From Phoronis australis (taxonomy: Eukaryota; Animalia; Phoronida): 64,000 bases of DNA. The stretch covers positions 180,339-244,338 of the forward strand of contig NMRA01000576.1 of assembly GCA_002633005.1 (NCBI GenBank). Direction: 5' to 3'. Each line of letters opens with the position of its first letter. Position 1 is the stretch's first letter. Shown here one piece after another: positions 1 through 13,269 of the stretch. The notes under the pieces were generated by a model, which worked only from the letters and a program-made list of their open reading frames with translations, was not told where the DNA came from and ran no database searches. A program made the translations under genes and the position numbers.

Positions 1-591
1 ACGAGATCTCTCACCAGGCTGTTGTCGTGGGCCAAGAGTGAATTTTTTCTTCCAATAATCAGCTGCAAGATGAATATCGACAGGTCAAAAAAAAACAGTT
101 ATAATGGATCAGGTGATAAACAGTGAACGTACCTTTACAATTAAAAATTTACTGATCGTCAGTTATGGTTTACACCTGACACGTTTTTAAGCGTAAAGAT
201 GCTATGTCTCATTAAAACCATGACACAGCATCTTACATGTAAGTATAGAAATTTTGGTGAATAAGGACTTTTCACAAAACAGCATTCTGACTAAAAATTC
301 AGAATGACCAAATTTTTCTCAATGCCTTTCAAAAATATGGTACAGTTATTGGATTGTCCTGCTGAGCCATTTACTTTTGACACTGCACAACTGACCCGGA
401 GAAAGATGTTAAGTACCAAGTGGCCATTTACTCACACACACAATTCAAAACAATGGCAAGGTGGGAGTTGGACAGGAATGTGAAGCGCTCGTGTTGTTTT
501 TATTGTGTTTCTAATTCCTTTTTTGCTTTATGACTTTTTTGATCAGCTGATTAATGCATTCACCAGTAGACCTACCTGTAAATAACCAAGC

Positions 592-991
592 ACCCTTACA
601 AAAATGAACTTACGTTTTCATCGAAAAACTTAAGTATTTGGTCTGAAAATCTTAAGTTTTCATGGAACGAACTAAAGTTTTCATAACTTAAGTTTTTCAA
701 AAACTTAAGTTCTGAAAACTTAAGTTTTCCAAAAACTTAAGTTCTGAATACTTAAGTTTTAAAAAATTAAGTTCGTTTGAAAAAACTTGATCCAGAATAC
801 TTAAGTTTTTGGAAAACTTAAGTTTAAGGAACTTAAGTTTTTGAAAAACTTAAGTTTTGGAACAAGTTTTTAGTAACAAACATAAGTCATCAAAACTGAT
901 ATTTTTGAAAGCTACGTTTTCCGAACATAAGCTTTCAAGGAACTAACTTTTGAAAACTGAAGTTTTCTAAAAGCAATAAGTTTCAATAGGG
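592..991. repeat. Array of palindromic AAAACTTAAGTTTT-type units with overall fold-back symmetry
   Basis: More than a dozen variants of AACTTAAGTT lie between ~625 and ~985. aacttaagtatttggtc (~627) mirrors gatccagaatacttaagtt (~790), and aacgaactaaagtttt mirrors aaaaattaagttcgtt. Confidence 0.8.
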
Positions 992-1818
992 CAGACATTA
1001 AAAAATTTCGACTTTCACTAAAACAAGAGTGGAGTACAGTAACAAATTTAATGATTCTCATAAAGTTCTAACATTACATTAACAGTGATTAATTGCAGAA
1101 AATAAAATGCACTGCCTAAAATACACTCATTCTTTAAAATAAGTGAACATAAGTGAAATATCAAAATATCAAAAACCAGAAACATTTCAAAAATCAGTTC
1201 ATCAAGTGTCATGCATACAATGCAGTGAAAACTAAATGAGGCTAATAATATGTTAATTATTTGCATCGTTCTTAATCTATGACAATTATGCGATAACTGA
1301 GGGAGCAAAATGGAATGTACAAACAGAGAAATCACTACCAAATCATGAAACACAACCAAAGAAAATGTGATTACATAGCCATGAAAGTCACAACAAAAGT
1401 CTACGTTTCAACTAAAATTGCAGCAATGACACCAAGAATAACAAGATACTTAATATGCAAAATCCAAGAATATCTGCAGAGACAAAAGCATAACATAAAA
1501 CGTAACAGGTAACTAAAAGTTTATCGACAATGGCGACAAGTCTGATTTTGGGAAGTACAATCCTTATGCTAGAAATAGTGCCTAGAATCACCTATAATTG
1601 TTTGCAACCTTAAAAATATCAAGTTAAATGTCAAAGTTCGTTTTGTTGACAATCATAACAAAAGCAAATCCAATACATTCCATGGTGCGAACAAGTTTCA
1701 CTAAAAGTAACCCTAAGTACAAGCTGGTTATACGAGATGGAAATTAGAAAACTTAGACCATTGACCACAAAAATATTCATTTCCTTAAATTTAAAGCTAC
1801 TGAACTTCATACAAATAT

Positions 1819-2214
1819 AGGCCCTTTCATACTAACATCGACGCGTCGAAGTTTTTGGAAGTTACTGTCAGTATAAACTATCAACTCCAGTCCTATCGAA
1901 GTTATTGCCAGGGGCCACTGTTATCATTAACAATTGCATAGCAGTGTGATGGCTAATAGTTGCTTATACCTTGCTCTAATAATCACCAATCAATTTAAAA
2001 ATAAGTTTTGTGTCAATTAACACATGTAAATGTTCCCAAGTTGTCACATCTTAGCGTGCAGTGCTACCTTGCGATACTTTCGATCACGACAACGTCACCT
2101 ACTGTTTAATTCGAAGTTCATTAACTACCGAAGCCAGAATGAACGGTCCACTTAACTTCGCAGTATACGCCGATGCTTCGCTCAGACAAGAGTTAAGTCA
2201 ATGTGAAAGGGCCC
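1819..2214. mobile_element. PIF/Harbinger-like MITE
   Basis: Termini aggccctttcata ... tgtgaaagggccc are inverted repeats flanked on both sides by TAT (3-bp TSD). GGGCCC-type ends are typical of Harbinger MITEs. Confidence 0.6.
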
Positions 2215-3132
2215 TATGTTAGATCACAAGCCACTTAATCTTCTTCAGCTGGATCTGCTCGCTTAGCTTCACAGGCAAATAACCCATGTTTTGTGACTAC
2301 AGACGTGCGTTTCTGAGCTCAGATAACTGAATTCATAGGTTCATGAGCTGCAGTTAGTAAGTGCGTACGTTGCGTTGTCTGGGTAGCCTTCCTTATCCAA
2401 CGATTGTTGAAGGCACACTCTGCAATAAATTTTAATAACAGACGGGTAAAAGCTATCAGTATAAGACAACTTAACTTGCTGGATATTTATCGTGCTGTTT
2501 ATACAACACTGATTTGTTAAACTTCCTGACTTATATACAGAGCCTAGGATAGTCTTCAAACTCAAAATTTAACCAATCACTCTCCAGGATCCAAGTGCAA
2601 GACTAGTCTGCAAGTTTACTTCAAGCATTCACTGCAGTGGGTCAGTTTTCCACATACTGTTTTGAATGAAGTTTTAATCCTGGATTCGCGACATTCAAAA
2701 CAATTTTATTCTATACAACTTGAATACAAAACATGCACATGGTCACCTATTATGCTATTACAATCTAGAACAAACCGTNAAACCTGAGCAAATCAGAATA
2801 AAATAGGCAATACAATAGTTACATTGGTTATTCTTAAATTTGAGAACCAAGCACATAAGCGCACCAAGGGGAGGCTGGAACGAGCACCCCCCCCCACTTG
2901 CCGAAGTGGGCATGGAAAGGTCAGCCTCATAGAAACAAAAAAAATTGAGAAAACGAGACACGAGTCCACTAAAAAGCTGTAATTCAGGAATGCACTGTGC
3001 ACAGCTCTGAACACACCACGTTGTTTTAGTAAAAGGTCAACATGCCCAAAAGTTTGAGCAATCCCATATTTTAGGATTGGTACGTGGATGAGGCAAGTGA
3101 ACCTTGCAAATTATTGACCTGTAGTGATATGA

Positions 3133-3715
3133 CAGGGCTCAACACTAACGGTTGCCCGATTGCCCGTGTACATGTAGATTTTGCGTCGGGCAAGTGGAAT
3201 TTGAAAAGTAATTGCCCGATGGGCAAGTTAAAATCTAGCTGCATAGGCAAGTAGATCCTAAGATTGTCTGCTCGACATTTGCTCCAAAGTAACGAACCCC
3301 AACACAAGCCTATAAAAACCGTCGAAAAAGCCCCTTTGGTCGTCAAAGAAACTCCCGTCTTCGAATGAGCACCGAAAGGAAAATGGATTGAGTGTGATGC
3401 AGCGTGCACAGATGACGCTCGCGGTCAAATCCTTTCGATTCTCTGAACGTGCCCTGCAGTTTCTGAATAAGTTGTCATGGGATACTACTGATCGTCTGCA
3501 CTCTGGCAAAACGTCTAAACATGGAAGCATTGGTTTAGTTGCTAAAAAACGAGTCCAGAAAGAATCAAAGCAATAATATGTAACCAAAAGAGTGCGGGGA
3601 TGGGTTCCGTCATGAGAAATTAGGCTTTCTGGCCTGCGAGACAGTGAACACGGGATGACGTTTGATTTTTGCCTGCGTTTATCCATGCTGGAAGCACCGC
3701 GTTCGTCAGCGGATG
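3133..3715 (+). mobile_element. Left end of a hAT-like DNA transposon (truncated)
   Basis: Starts CAGGGCTCAACACTAAC, followed by subterminal ttgcccg/gggcaagt repeats in both orientations. No matching right end seen. Confidence 0.5.
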
Positions 3716-3717
3716 TA

Positions 3718-6700
3718 CAGCACACATCAAAAATTTTTGGCCGACCGGTCAGAAATTGGTCGACGACCGGCCGCAGTGCCGACTCATAAGGCGACCCCAC
3801 AGCCGACCCTTCAGTCGACCCTTTAGCCGACCGGCCATCAGACGACCAGCTGGTCGGCTGCTATTGTTAGGCTAGAGTAGCAGTTGCGTAATAGGTTGTC
3901 AGGCTCATACCACTTTGCGTGTCGATGCATATTCGTCTTAGCACAGGCTCAAATGAATTAACCTAGTTTTGCTGTCTCGGTTACATGAGTACACCACTAC
4001 TTCGAAGGTTGAAGGCAAGCGGCATTAGTAAACATTGGATTATGGACAATGCAACAAGTTTTGGATGAAAAACGTGAAAGTTTTCTTACATTTGATCTTT
4101 AATTTGACTCCTGACGTTAACAAATTGTATTAGATCGGTTGCTTCCCGGTCAATACAACGCTGTGTAGTCATATTGTAAACGCGCCTGTTTTTCGCAGTC
4201 TTCGCCCACAATTGATTTTATTTGTGTAACGCCAAACTGCATCGTTTTTTCGTGTTTTAAGTTATTCACCGGTCTCCTAACACGCGCCCATGATGAAGGA
4301 TTAGTGAGTGAGTTGTATCACCGCGAAGAGATTTTATTTTCATAGTATTGACCCGGCGAAATTCACGGTCCATGGACTACGACGGCTCTAACTTCGAAAT
4401 CATACTATGGTTACGATTTCCACGAACAATGACGGTGACATCAAACACGGAATGACCACTGTTGAGGCTACAGCCAATTGTAGCTTTGCGCAATCTGTTT
4501 TCATGTATCGGTGACGTTAAAATATGGGCTGGTTACATGTACACGTAGGCCCCTATCAGTTGGTCGTTCACGTTGTTCCAAAAATAAACACTTTCTGTCA
4601 ACATCATATTGACAAATTATGTAAAATAAAACAATTGTGAACGGGAAGATGTGAATACGTGGTGAAGAGGTATTTGGCTCTACGCGGCATATGTGCGTGA
4701 ATCTTTGGTAAAACGATTGCGATGGCAAAAAATGATAGAACATACATCAAGGTGCACTTTAGAGAATTATAGCGTATAACCTGGCCACCTCAGGTAGTAA
4801 GTGACGCTGAATGAGAAGTGGCAACTACAAGTTTGGCTTGTAACGCCACCCCTCCCCGAGTTTTGCCAATTCTAATCAGTCACCACTCGAGATTTGGTTC
4901 CGTTTCATTCCTAAAATCACAAAATAATTCTTCTGTGCTCTGCTGTAAGAAAAAATACATTTTTTTGAAATGGTGCTCAGTCTTAAAAAAGTTTCCATTA
5001 TGACAACGCTTTGTCAGAAATGCACAGCACACGCAGCGTTGTAATACAGAGACGTTGGCTTTTCCGTATGTCCACAAAAGTGCTTTGAGCAGTGTTTAAA
5101 AAATTGTTCATTTCGCTTTTCTGCACCGACGACTAAGGTCAAAACCGTGTTTTAAAAAAGTACGGCATTTTCAAAAAAATATTTTGGTTGATGAATTCAC
5201 CGAGTCGGTGCCACGGGCAGAAAACGTATCTGCGTAAAGAAAGAGTTGCGTTTTCAAAACATTCAGAGCATGAGGTCAAGGCAGTGGCAGATCTACGAAT
5301 TCAGTAAGGGGGGGTTAGGATTCGAGAGAATCCGAGGCGCGTAGCGCCGAGGAGAAGGAAGGTCGCGAGAGGGTTTCCCTTCTCCAGTGTAAGATTTTTT
5401 GGGATTTTTAGTAGCTAATTTCGTTTTTCTGGCGATCATGCCCGGAAACTACGTGGTCACCCATTATGCAATGATGGCAATCCATTGTGTACCTATACAT
5501 TGGCATCTATTGTAAAACGTGGATTAGACGAAACAAATTCAACCGCATTTCCAAGATAATATATCTTGTCGGCAGAGGTTGAACATTTAGCCCTTGTTTA
5601 TACGTATAGTACGAACATTATCACTTTGAAGGATCAATGCTTGGGGCTGGTGACGGGGTGTTCTGGCGTGTAAAGTTAATGACGTGGTAAGTTTTTGAAC
5701 GTGGCTTATTAAATTTTCAGTTCGGTCGTATTTTATTTTGATCCTGAAGTGAAGAATTTTTGGTCCTCACTTGATAAATTATAGGTGCTGATGTGATGAA
5801 TTTCAGTCTTGACGTGGTGAATTTTAGTCTTTATTTGTTTTTTTCTTGGTCTTCTGTGTGAAAACAATCTCAATGTATTGGATTGTTTTAATTCCTGCTT
5901 AAGTAAAATTTCTGGTTTTGAGATATTTATCTTTGGTCCTGGAGAGTTAACATGTTTTGCTTGGTTTTAATCTTGTATAGAAAATATATGTTGTTAAATG
6001 TTGCAAATTAGGCCTCCCATAAATGTGAGAGAGCAAGTTGTGAAGCAGCGTTCTGTGTAAGTTTTTATATAAATCTAGGTGTTCGTGATTAAGTAATACA
6101 AATTTGCGCCGTTGTGGGTAAAAACTGACCGAATAAAATCTTCCTAGAATAATCTAAAATATTTACCAGCGTTGCAAAATTTGGTTTTCTACCATTATTC
6201 TGCTGCTAAAATTAGGGTATAACCTTTTTCGTCGACTTTCGACGCAATGAAATATTGCGTCACCTATTAGTCAGTTTCTTTTTCCAAGATTCTTCAATCA
6301 AACGTTATCCCTCGAGGTTGCGTAAACGTCAAGACAAATGATCAAATTTTGTTTCACTTCATTATGTTTTTGGAATTTTGATATCAGTGAACCAAATTTT
6401 GCTGAGATGTTGTCACCATATAGTGGGAGATGTCGAAAACTTTTTGAAAGTGGCGCGTGTCACGAATGAACTCTTTTCAAAACGACGACATACGTTTTTT
6501 CGTTATAAAAGGCAGAGAATTACCCAAGAAGATGGCGTCGGATGTTTTTCGTTTAAACGGCCGTAACGGGAAACTTGAATGCCAATTGGCTTCCAGAGTT
6601 TGCATGCAAACTCGCCGGTCTTGAACTCATGTTGTTACAAGCTTTTCGACGAGGTGACAAGCGTATATGTAACTATCCGGGGTGTGAAATTTCGAGGTCT

Positions 6701-7680
6701 GTTTGAGCTCAATACGCAGTGGCACCTTGCTGTATTTTGAAAATAGTCTTCACAGCTAGCTGGCTAGATAGGACGGCTCTAGCTTCGAAAAATTTTTTAC
6801 TGCGAAAGTGACAACAATTTCAGAATGATGATGGATTACACTATAAACCGATCACAGACTTCCGTTTTCATGCGTCCATGATTTAATTTAATTTCGGCGC
6901 TATGTTCAAACCATTGTTTATATTGTTCCTAAAATAACCTTGGGTTCTATTGCTGTACCAACATATTAAGAAATTATACAGAAATAAACAATAATTATCT
7001 GTGGTAAAACGCAATATACAACGTTATGAAGTGATGATGAAGAGCAATAACGGATGAGCGCAAATGCGTGCTGCTTGCTGAGCATTCCGCGGTATGAAAA
7101 CATTTGAGGTCGTAAAATATCCAGTGTTGTATTCTGATTTTTATGCAATTTTGCTGTAAATTTCAAATTTCGTGATTGTTTTTATGCATAATGCACTGCA
7201 TAAAAAGTCTGATATCTAAAGTTAGATATTATTTTTTCCGCTATATCACTTAACGTTTGATTTTACCACGCCGTCATTAATTCAACATAAGGTTTTCGGC
7301 TTGTGTAAGGCCACGCACTTCGTATTTGTAGGTTGATTCGATTTTACCTCCATTTAATAGTTGAACAAAATTTGATAAACCGATGTCAAGACCGGAGTTG
7401 CCACTGGTAGACGAACAGCAAACAGTTAAATGTTTGTTTGTCCAAAGTTCACCCGCTAAGTCATAAAATGGTAATTGCCGACCAAGGACACGCTTAATCC
7501 GAATTGGTCGTCTACGCTAGGCGACCAATTACCCAACCCAAGTGCCGACCACAGAGGCGACTAAGCAGACGGCTCCTAGCCGACCGTTGTTGGTCGGCTG
7601 CTGGTCGGCTAGACGACCGGTCGACGGCCGGTCGTCGACCAATTTCCGACCTGTCGGCCAAAAATTCGTGATGTGTGCTG
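3718..7680. mobile_element. ~4 kb non-autonomous TIR DNA transposon with TA target duplication
   Basis: 56-bp TIRs (3718-3773 and 7625-7680, 52/56 identical, beginning CAGCACACATC), TA on both sides, and dense ccgacc/ggtcgg subterminal repeats. No transposase ORF inside. Superfamily (CMC/EnSpm vs Tc1-mariner) unresolved. Confidence 0.85.
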
Positions 7681-10600
7681 TACATCTCTCATAAGAAGAC
7701 AGTTAGCACCGCTGTGGCAGAGACGGCACACCTCCAGGTTACTTAGGACAAGGCTAAGAAGATTGCTGAAGTTGGTGTGCTGCTTCATTAATATATTCTT
7801 CTAACACAAGCGCCATTCAATGGGTCATTCAATTCAAACTATTCAGTGAGCCAGTTCAGAAACCTCTTCTGACCCTTCTAGATGTCTTGCTCCAGGGTTC
7901 GAACTCTATTGAAGAGAAAATAGCAGAAGACCAGAGTACCATCAGCGCCAGAATGAGAATCGCCCGCACTATCTCTCAACTGATATGCAGCAATGCCGCA
8001 AAACATGCTAGCAGAGCTGCTACTCTCTACCAACGTAAGGAGAGAGAGACACCTTTTCCACTATATGTGGGACTGAAGCTGCATTTCAATGATCGTCAGA
8101 AGGGAATCATTAGAGCTTTTCATGAGTTAGGCATGTCAGTGTCTTACGACCGTGCTCTATCTGTGTCAAAGCGCTTTGCCGAGGATGGAGTCATAGTGCC
8201 TTCAAATAGCAAGCGGGGAGTTTTCACCACTGGCGCAGTTGATAATATTGATGAGTCTGGTCGCACTGAAGTCCATGGTACTGCCATTTCTCTGACCAGT
8301 CATCCCAGTCAAACAAAGCCTGAACTGTCACCTCCAACTCTAACCATGCAGACTGATGATATCGCCAAAACCAAGCTTCCCGATGACTTTGCCATTGTCC
8401 TATACATTGATGATATTGCTGGAGATATCACCTTTCAACCTATTCCAGCTGGGACAGCCAAACCTTCCTTCACTGAAAATCTCCGACATCCTTGATAAAG
8501 CATGGCTCAATCATTTGCACATTGGTTTTACTGAATATGACGGACAACCACAAGAGGTTCCAGTGACCTACTATGGGTTCTTTTCACATGCCCAACCTTC
8601 AGAAATCGTCAGACCAAGGGCGACAGTTGGTGTTTTTTCCCATTTTCTATGAAATGGCTTCGACAATGGCCATGCAGAAACACGCAATGCTTGTGGTCAA
8701 GAAGGCAACAGAGTTTGTAAATCCTGGCCAAGTTCCAGTCATAGAAGTTGACTGTCTATGCTCAGCAGAAAAAAAATGTCAATGGGGGTACCCTGATGAA
8801 GTCGGTGAATCAAAAATGGTATGCTTCATGGGCATGCTTCACGTCGAAATGGCATCTCAAGAGTGTGGAGGTAAACTGTTGGACGGATCTGGATGGGACC
8901 TCATGTTCTCCCTAGCCAATGTTTTCACTCCTGGTTTTGCAACATCTCTTCTGGATGGAAAGCATGTCAAGCGTACCAGGTATGCATACCAGCTCACTCT
9001 TGCCTGGCTTAATGAGCTAAAGCAACAGGCATATAATGAGTTCTGTCATGAAGGTTATGGACCTCACGAAAGCTTTGATATGTGGGAAAAACTAGTCAGC
9101 AATGCCCCAACAGTTTGTTACTGGAAAATTGTGAGAGACTACCTGCTAATTAAGTGTCGCTTCATTCGAGGTCAGAGACTGGGCAATTGACCATTGACGT
9201 TGAACGCCTGTGAAGAAATGTGTCCGTGGTGTTTTTGCGTTTGGACATACGAATTACGTACGCTGGATGCCTGTTTTCTTGAGAGATATGACACAACTTC
9301 CGCAGACCCACCCTTCAGTGCACGAAGCTTTCATGGAAGGGAAATTTGTTGTTCAACGTAGTGACAGGAAGTTTTCTTTGATGGCTCTTGACCAGAGCCA
9401 AGAGCACAGTATCAAGTTCTTGAAAGAGGACTGTGGTGCAAAGGGACTCTATGGCCAACAAGAGGAGGAAGAAGTGATTGAGCTCTCAAAGCCAGAAGTC
9501 GTGAGGTTAATTGATGCGTTTGAAGATGCATGCTTCTCTATTACAAGAAGCAAGGACAATTTGGCACATCCTGTGTCTTCCATTGCTGAAACAACAAAGT
9601 TTCTGAAGGACCTCAAAGCTCTATGCGACCTTGTGAAGAAGGGTCGAGTTGTCAATACATTCAAGGAGACTGGCTTAGATCTCATTACTTTGGACACCGG
9701 TGAAATAATGGATCCTGAGATCAACAACTGCCTTAGGGAAGCTCCGAACATTGGTCAAGCCAAATTCACAGAGTTTGTTGAAACCAGAACTGTAATTTCT
9801 ACCAAACCATTGTCTGACATCATTCCAAGGATCAACTTGTTTACTTTCGCCAGCAGGCAACTCACTGATTTGAAGAAGGCTAGTGACAAGCTGGGATCTT
9901 CCATAGCGAGTACGGCTTTCATCACCAAGATGTTTATGTCACTCCAAGCTCGTCCTGAAGTAGATATCTCAGATTTTTTCAAGCACGAAAACTAGCGTGA
10001 ACCCCCGTCATTATGCGATAGAGGTAAACTTCGGTCAGGAACAGAGTCTGATATTCTTGCATGTCCGCCTGGCATGTCTGTTCCTGGCCGTTCTGTGGCA
10101 GTCAAGGAAGCTTCTGTAGTGGTTCTCGATATGGCCGCCGTAATACATATTATCAAACCCCAGCGTGCAAAAGTTTTTGGGGAGTATACACCGATTCAAT
10201 TGCTGCCATACGTGGAAATCCAGATGACAGAGAACACAAGAAGAGTGGACGCAGTCTGGGACACATACAGAGAGGATAGTCTTAAGTCACAGACACGTGT
10301 AAAGCGTGGTGAGACTGGAATGCGACGAACACGTGTCTCGGCTAAGATACCAATGCCCAGGGGATCTCAGTGGCAGACATTCCTCAATGATTGTCAAAAC
10401 AAAGACGAGCTCTTCCAGTTCATCAGCCAGAACTTTTTGAGAAACACAGCTGATTCACAATACCAACTTGTTACAACAAAGGCCTACCTAGTGCTCAGCA
10501 ACAAACCAACACACGCATCAACATTGTCTCCATGCCTACAGGAAGAAGCTGACACGAGGATGATGCTGCATTTGCGACATGCAGCTGTTCAAGGTCATAC

Positions 10601-11369
10601 CAAGGCTTACCTTAGGACAGTTGACAGTGACGTGGTGGTTCTCGAAGTCAGCTTCTTTCACGAACTAGGCCTTTCAGAGTTGTGGATTGGATTTGGATTT
10701 GGATCTGGAAAAAACTATAAATATATTCCTATCCACAAAATCTCGCAAAATTTTGGGCCGCAGAAATGTGAAGCACTCCCACTTTTCCATGCACTGACAG
10801 GTTGTGATGTCGTCTCAGCAATGTTCGGGATTGGAAAACGAACTGCATGGAATGCTTGGGCTGCTTTCCCCGAGGTCACAGATACTTTTATTACCATCAC
10901 TCGTGACCCAACTATCCTCACACTTGACCCTCTTCATATGCGACACCTTTAACGCTGGACAGTACTAATGTACAGTAAGAACTCCGGGACACACTCTGTG
11001 AATGAAGCTAGAAAGCTTCTGTTCACCCATGGCCTCAAGACTCTGGAATCACTACCACCAACACAGCATGCTTTATTCCAACATGCTAAGCGTGCCCTGC
11101 TCACTGCAGCTTTTGTTTGGAAACAGTCCCTTGCCAAAAAAAAAAAACAGATACCAAACCCAGATCAATGGGGTTGGGAATGGAATGCTAGAATTAAAAC
11201 GTGGGTGCCATATTGGACAGATCTGGAAGATGTAAGCCAGGCGTGTTCCCCACTTCTCCATTGTGGCTGTGTTGTTGCCTGCAAAGGCAATTGTAAGTGC
11301 CATCGAGCTGGACTCCGGTGTACCCCATTGTGAAAATGTGAAGGTGCCTGCACCAGCAATGACTCATAA
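7681..11369 (+). pseudogene. Academ (AcademX-type) transposase pseudogene: DDE transposase + XPG/FEN1-like nuclease + Cys-rich finger
   Basis: Consecutive broken ORFs carry AVDNIDE, PVIEVD, GMLHVEM, GHTNYVRW and LDQSQE (transposase); QEEADTRMMLH, TVDSDVVV and FHALTGCDVVSAMFGIGK (XPG-like); LESLPPT; and CGCVVACKGNCKCHRAGLRCTPL*KCEGAC. Many stops and frameshifts; the 5' part is missing. Confidence 0.85.
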
Positions 11370-11989
11370 ACTTGACATTTCACCTTTCTCATTATCTAGT
11401 TGCTTTATAAGTACATGATACAGATTAGCACCAGCAGTATTTGGGTGACCATTGTGTTCATTCAGTTGCTAATAAAATATCTATGTTTCTATGTCTCAGA
11501 CTAGAAGTATTATCACACTCAGCTGAACAAGTCCTATTTTGTTCAAATCTGGTTTTGGAAAATGAATATTTTTGAATTTTGTGCTGCGAATCACATCGAA
11601 ATACCCATTAATTAAACACAATAACTACTATTAGGACAAACATATATTTGAGTTATTTGTGAATAAAAGTTGCCTTAAAAGTATCATTTTGCATTGGAAT
11701 CGACCTCAAACAATAAAACCAACACCAGAAATGAACTCCTCAACCCCCATAATATTGGAAAGATGATATTAGAATTTGTTTTAGTGGTAATAAAAGCCGA
11801 CATATGCCAATTTCCATTTCGGCGGAGGCCATATTGGATTTTGCACGTAACGACCACCAGGGGGTGAGCACACTTTGTTTGCGGTGTTTTTTGAATTTCC
11901 TTTGTTTATACCTAACAGCGTACCAAATTGCAAAAACCTGTCACAAAGTGCCCAATTTTTGCAAATCTGCATATATTCCCTCCCCGCTA
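7681..11989 (+). mobile_element. Academ DNA transposon, right half including probable right terminus
   Basis: The coding relic is followed by ~600 bp with ggcggaggccatattggatt-type motifs, ending ...ccctccccgCTA at 11989, consistent with the TAG...CTA ends of Academ. No left TIR found in the window. Confidence 0.65.
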
Positions 11990-13187
11990 ATACCAAACAT
12001 GAAGCCAAAATGTCTGTCATTGATAGATAGGGGTTAGGAGTGTAATTTACTCACAAATAATTTAGTGTATGAAACGCATACGTACTGTAGGATTGTAAAT
12101 AGACTGTCTCACTTAAAGGATAGGAATTACACGGTTGAAACAGTTAATATTGTAATTTCATAAGATTGTTATTTTTGGCAGGAAGCATTTTAATAGTGTT
12201 CTTTTTGCTGTGAATAACCAAAAAAGCATGCGTTTTGGAAGAGTTTGAGGGTATTACCTAAAGTACAGTAATTATTGTCCATTTTCACAAACGCCTTAAG
12301 TCAGTCGAGTGTATTATGTTCTGTATTCACCTCCCTTACTATTTCAAGAGTGACGTACTACATGACACATTGGACATTTTCCAGTTATTTCTAGAAGGCC
12401 CCCGGCCTTTCTAGACTCTAACATAGCACGCAAAAAACCTAAAATGAGGTACTCGGGATCTTGAGAATGTGGAGCTTTTACTAATAGTCACGGTACGCAC
12501 AAACATGCGAATCTTGGTACTTCCTGCCCCTTTTTGTTGGTTTTTGTGTCGTTTTTTAAGGAGTTTTATTCTCTGGGGCGGACCTTTTTTGCCCATTTCA
12601 CCAAATCAAGTGGGCTTGTTCGAGACCCCCAATCCCCCGTGGGTGCGCTTAAGCTGATGTCTAAACATCTAATTAAGTATAGGAAATCGATGGATTCGAC
12701 TTTCCCCCATGTGATTTTATTACTGAGTTAACGCCATACGCATTTGAACCATGTCATTACTACCGTTCTGCGTCTATGATTCGCTTAAAATCCTGGATAT
12801 TCGCAGGAAATTATATGAAGTGGCACATGCTTAACAACGAGCAGCTTGTCTTAAAATGGTCTACTTTTATCATCAGGCTGGCGTAGACAAAACGTGCAAA
12901 AAGTATAAATTGCTCACGCAAATTCAAGTGTGCCAGTTCTTTAAGTTTGTGAAGGGAGCTCAAGATGGAAAAAAGGCATTGTCAGAGTTACAAGTTGAAA
13001 GGTAACAGTACTTTAGTGTTTTCGATGAAAAGAAATCACAATTGTAATGTTCGAGTGTTCGTGTGCTTTTTGAAAACATACGAATGTCAAGCATATTAAG
13101 ATTAGGCCAAGTTTGACAATTGATTTGTTGTCTATTTAGCAAGCGTAAGACAAGCGAGTACAAAATCATAATGTCCAATTGACATTC

Positions 13188-13269
13188 ATGGAAATAATGT
13201 GCTGACACGAATCCATTTTGTTTATAGAAACTTGCTTGTTATTGGCCTGCCTTCTATCTTCTTGTATAG
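13188..13269 (+). pseudogene. Probable signal-peptide exon of the + strand WSC gene, with an in-frame TGA
   Basis: Reads MEIMC*HESILFIETCLLLACLLSSCI-G and ends in a consensus donor G|GTAAGT in phase 1, matching the phase-1 acceptor at 14897. TGA at 13203-13205. Confidence 0.55.

Noticed and set aside
592-991. CRISPR array
   Set aside because: Units are short, variable palindromes with no unique regularly sized spacers; eukaryotic context and no cas genes.
3258-3800. 180-aa minus-strand ORF as a gene
   Set aside because: It spans the junction of two transposon ends and has no recognisable motif.
10074-11369. Host XPG/FEN1 repair gene or tesmin/LIN54 CXC gene
   Set aside because: The domains are colinear with a DDE transposase region, intronless and broken, which fits Academ.
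13203-13205. Selenocysteine TGA
   Set aside because: It lies in a signal-peptide region, no SECIS is identifiable, and a nonsense mutation is simpler.
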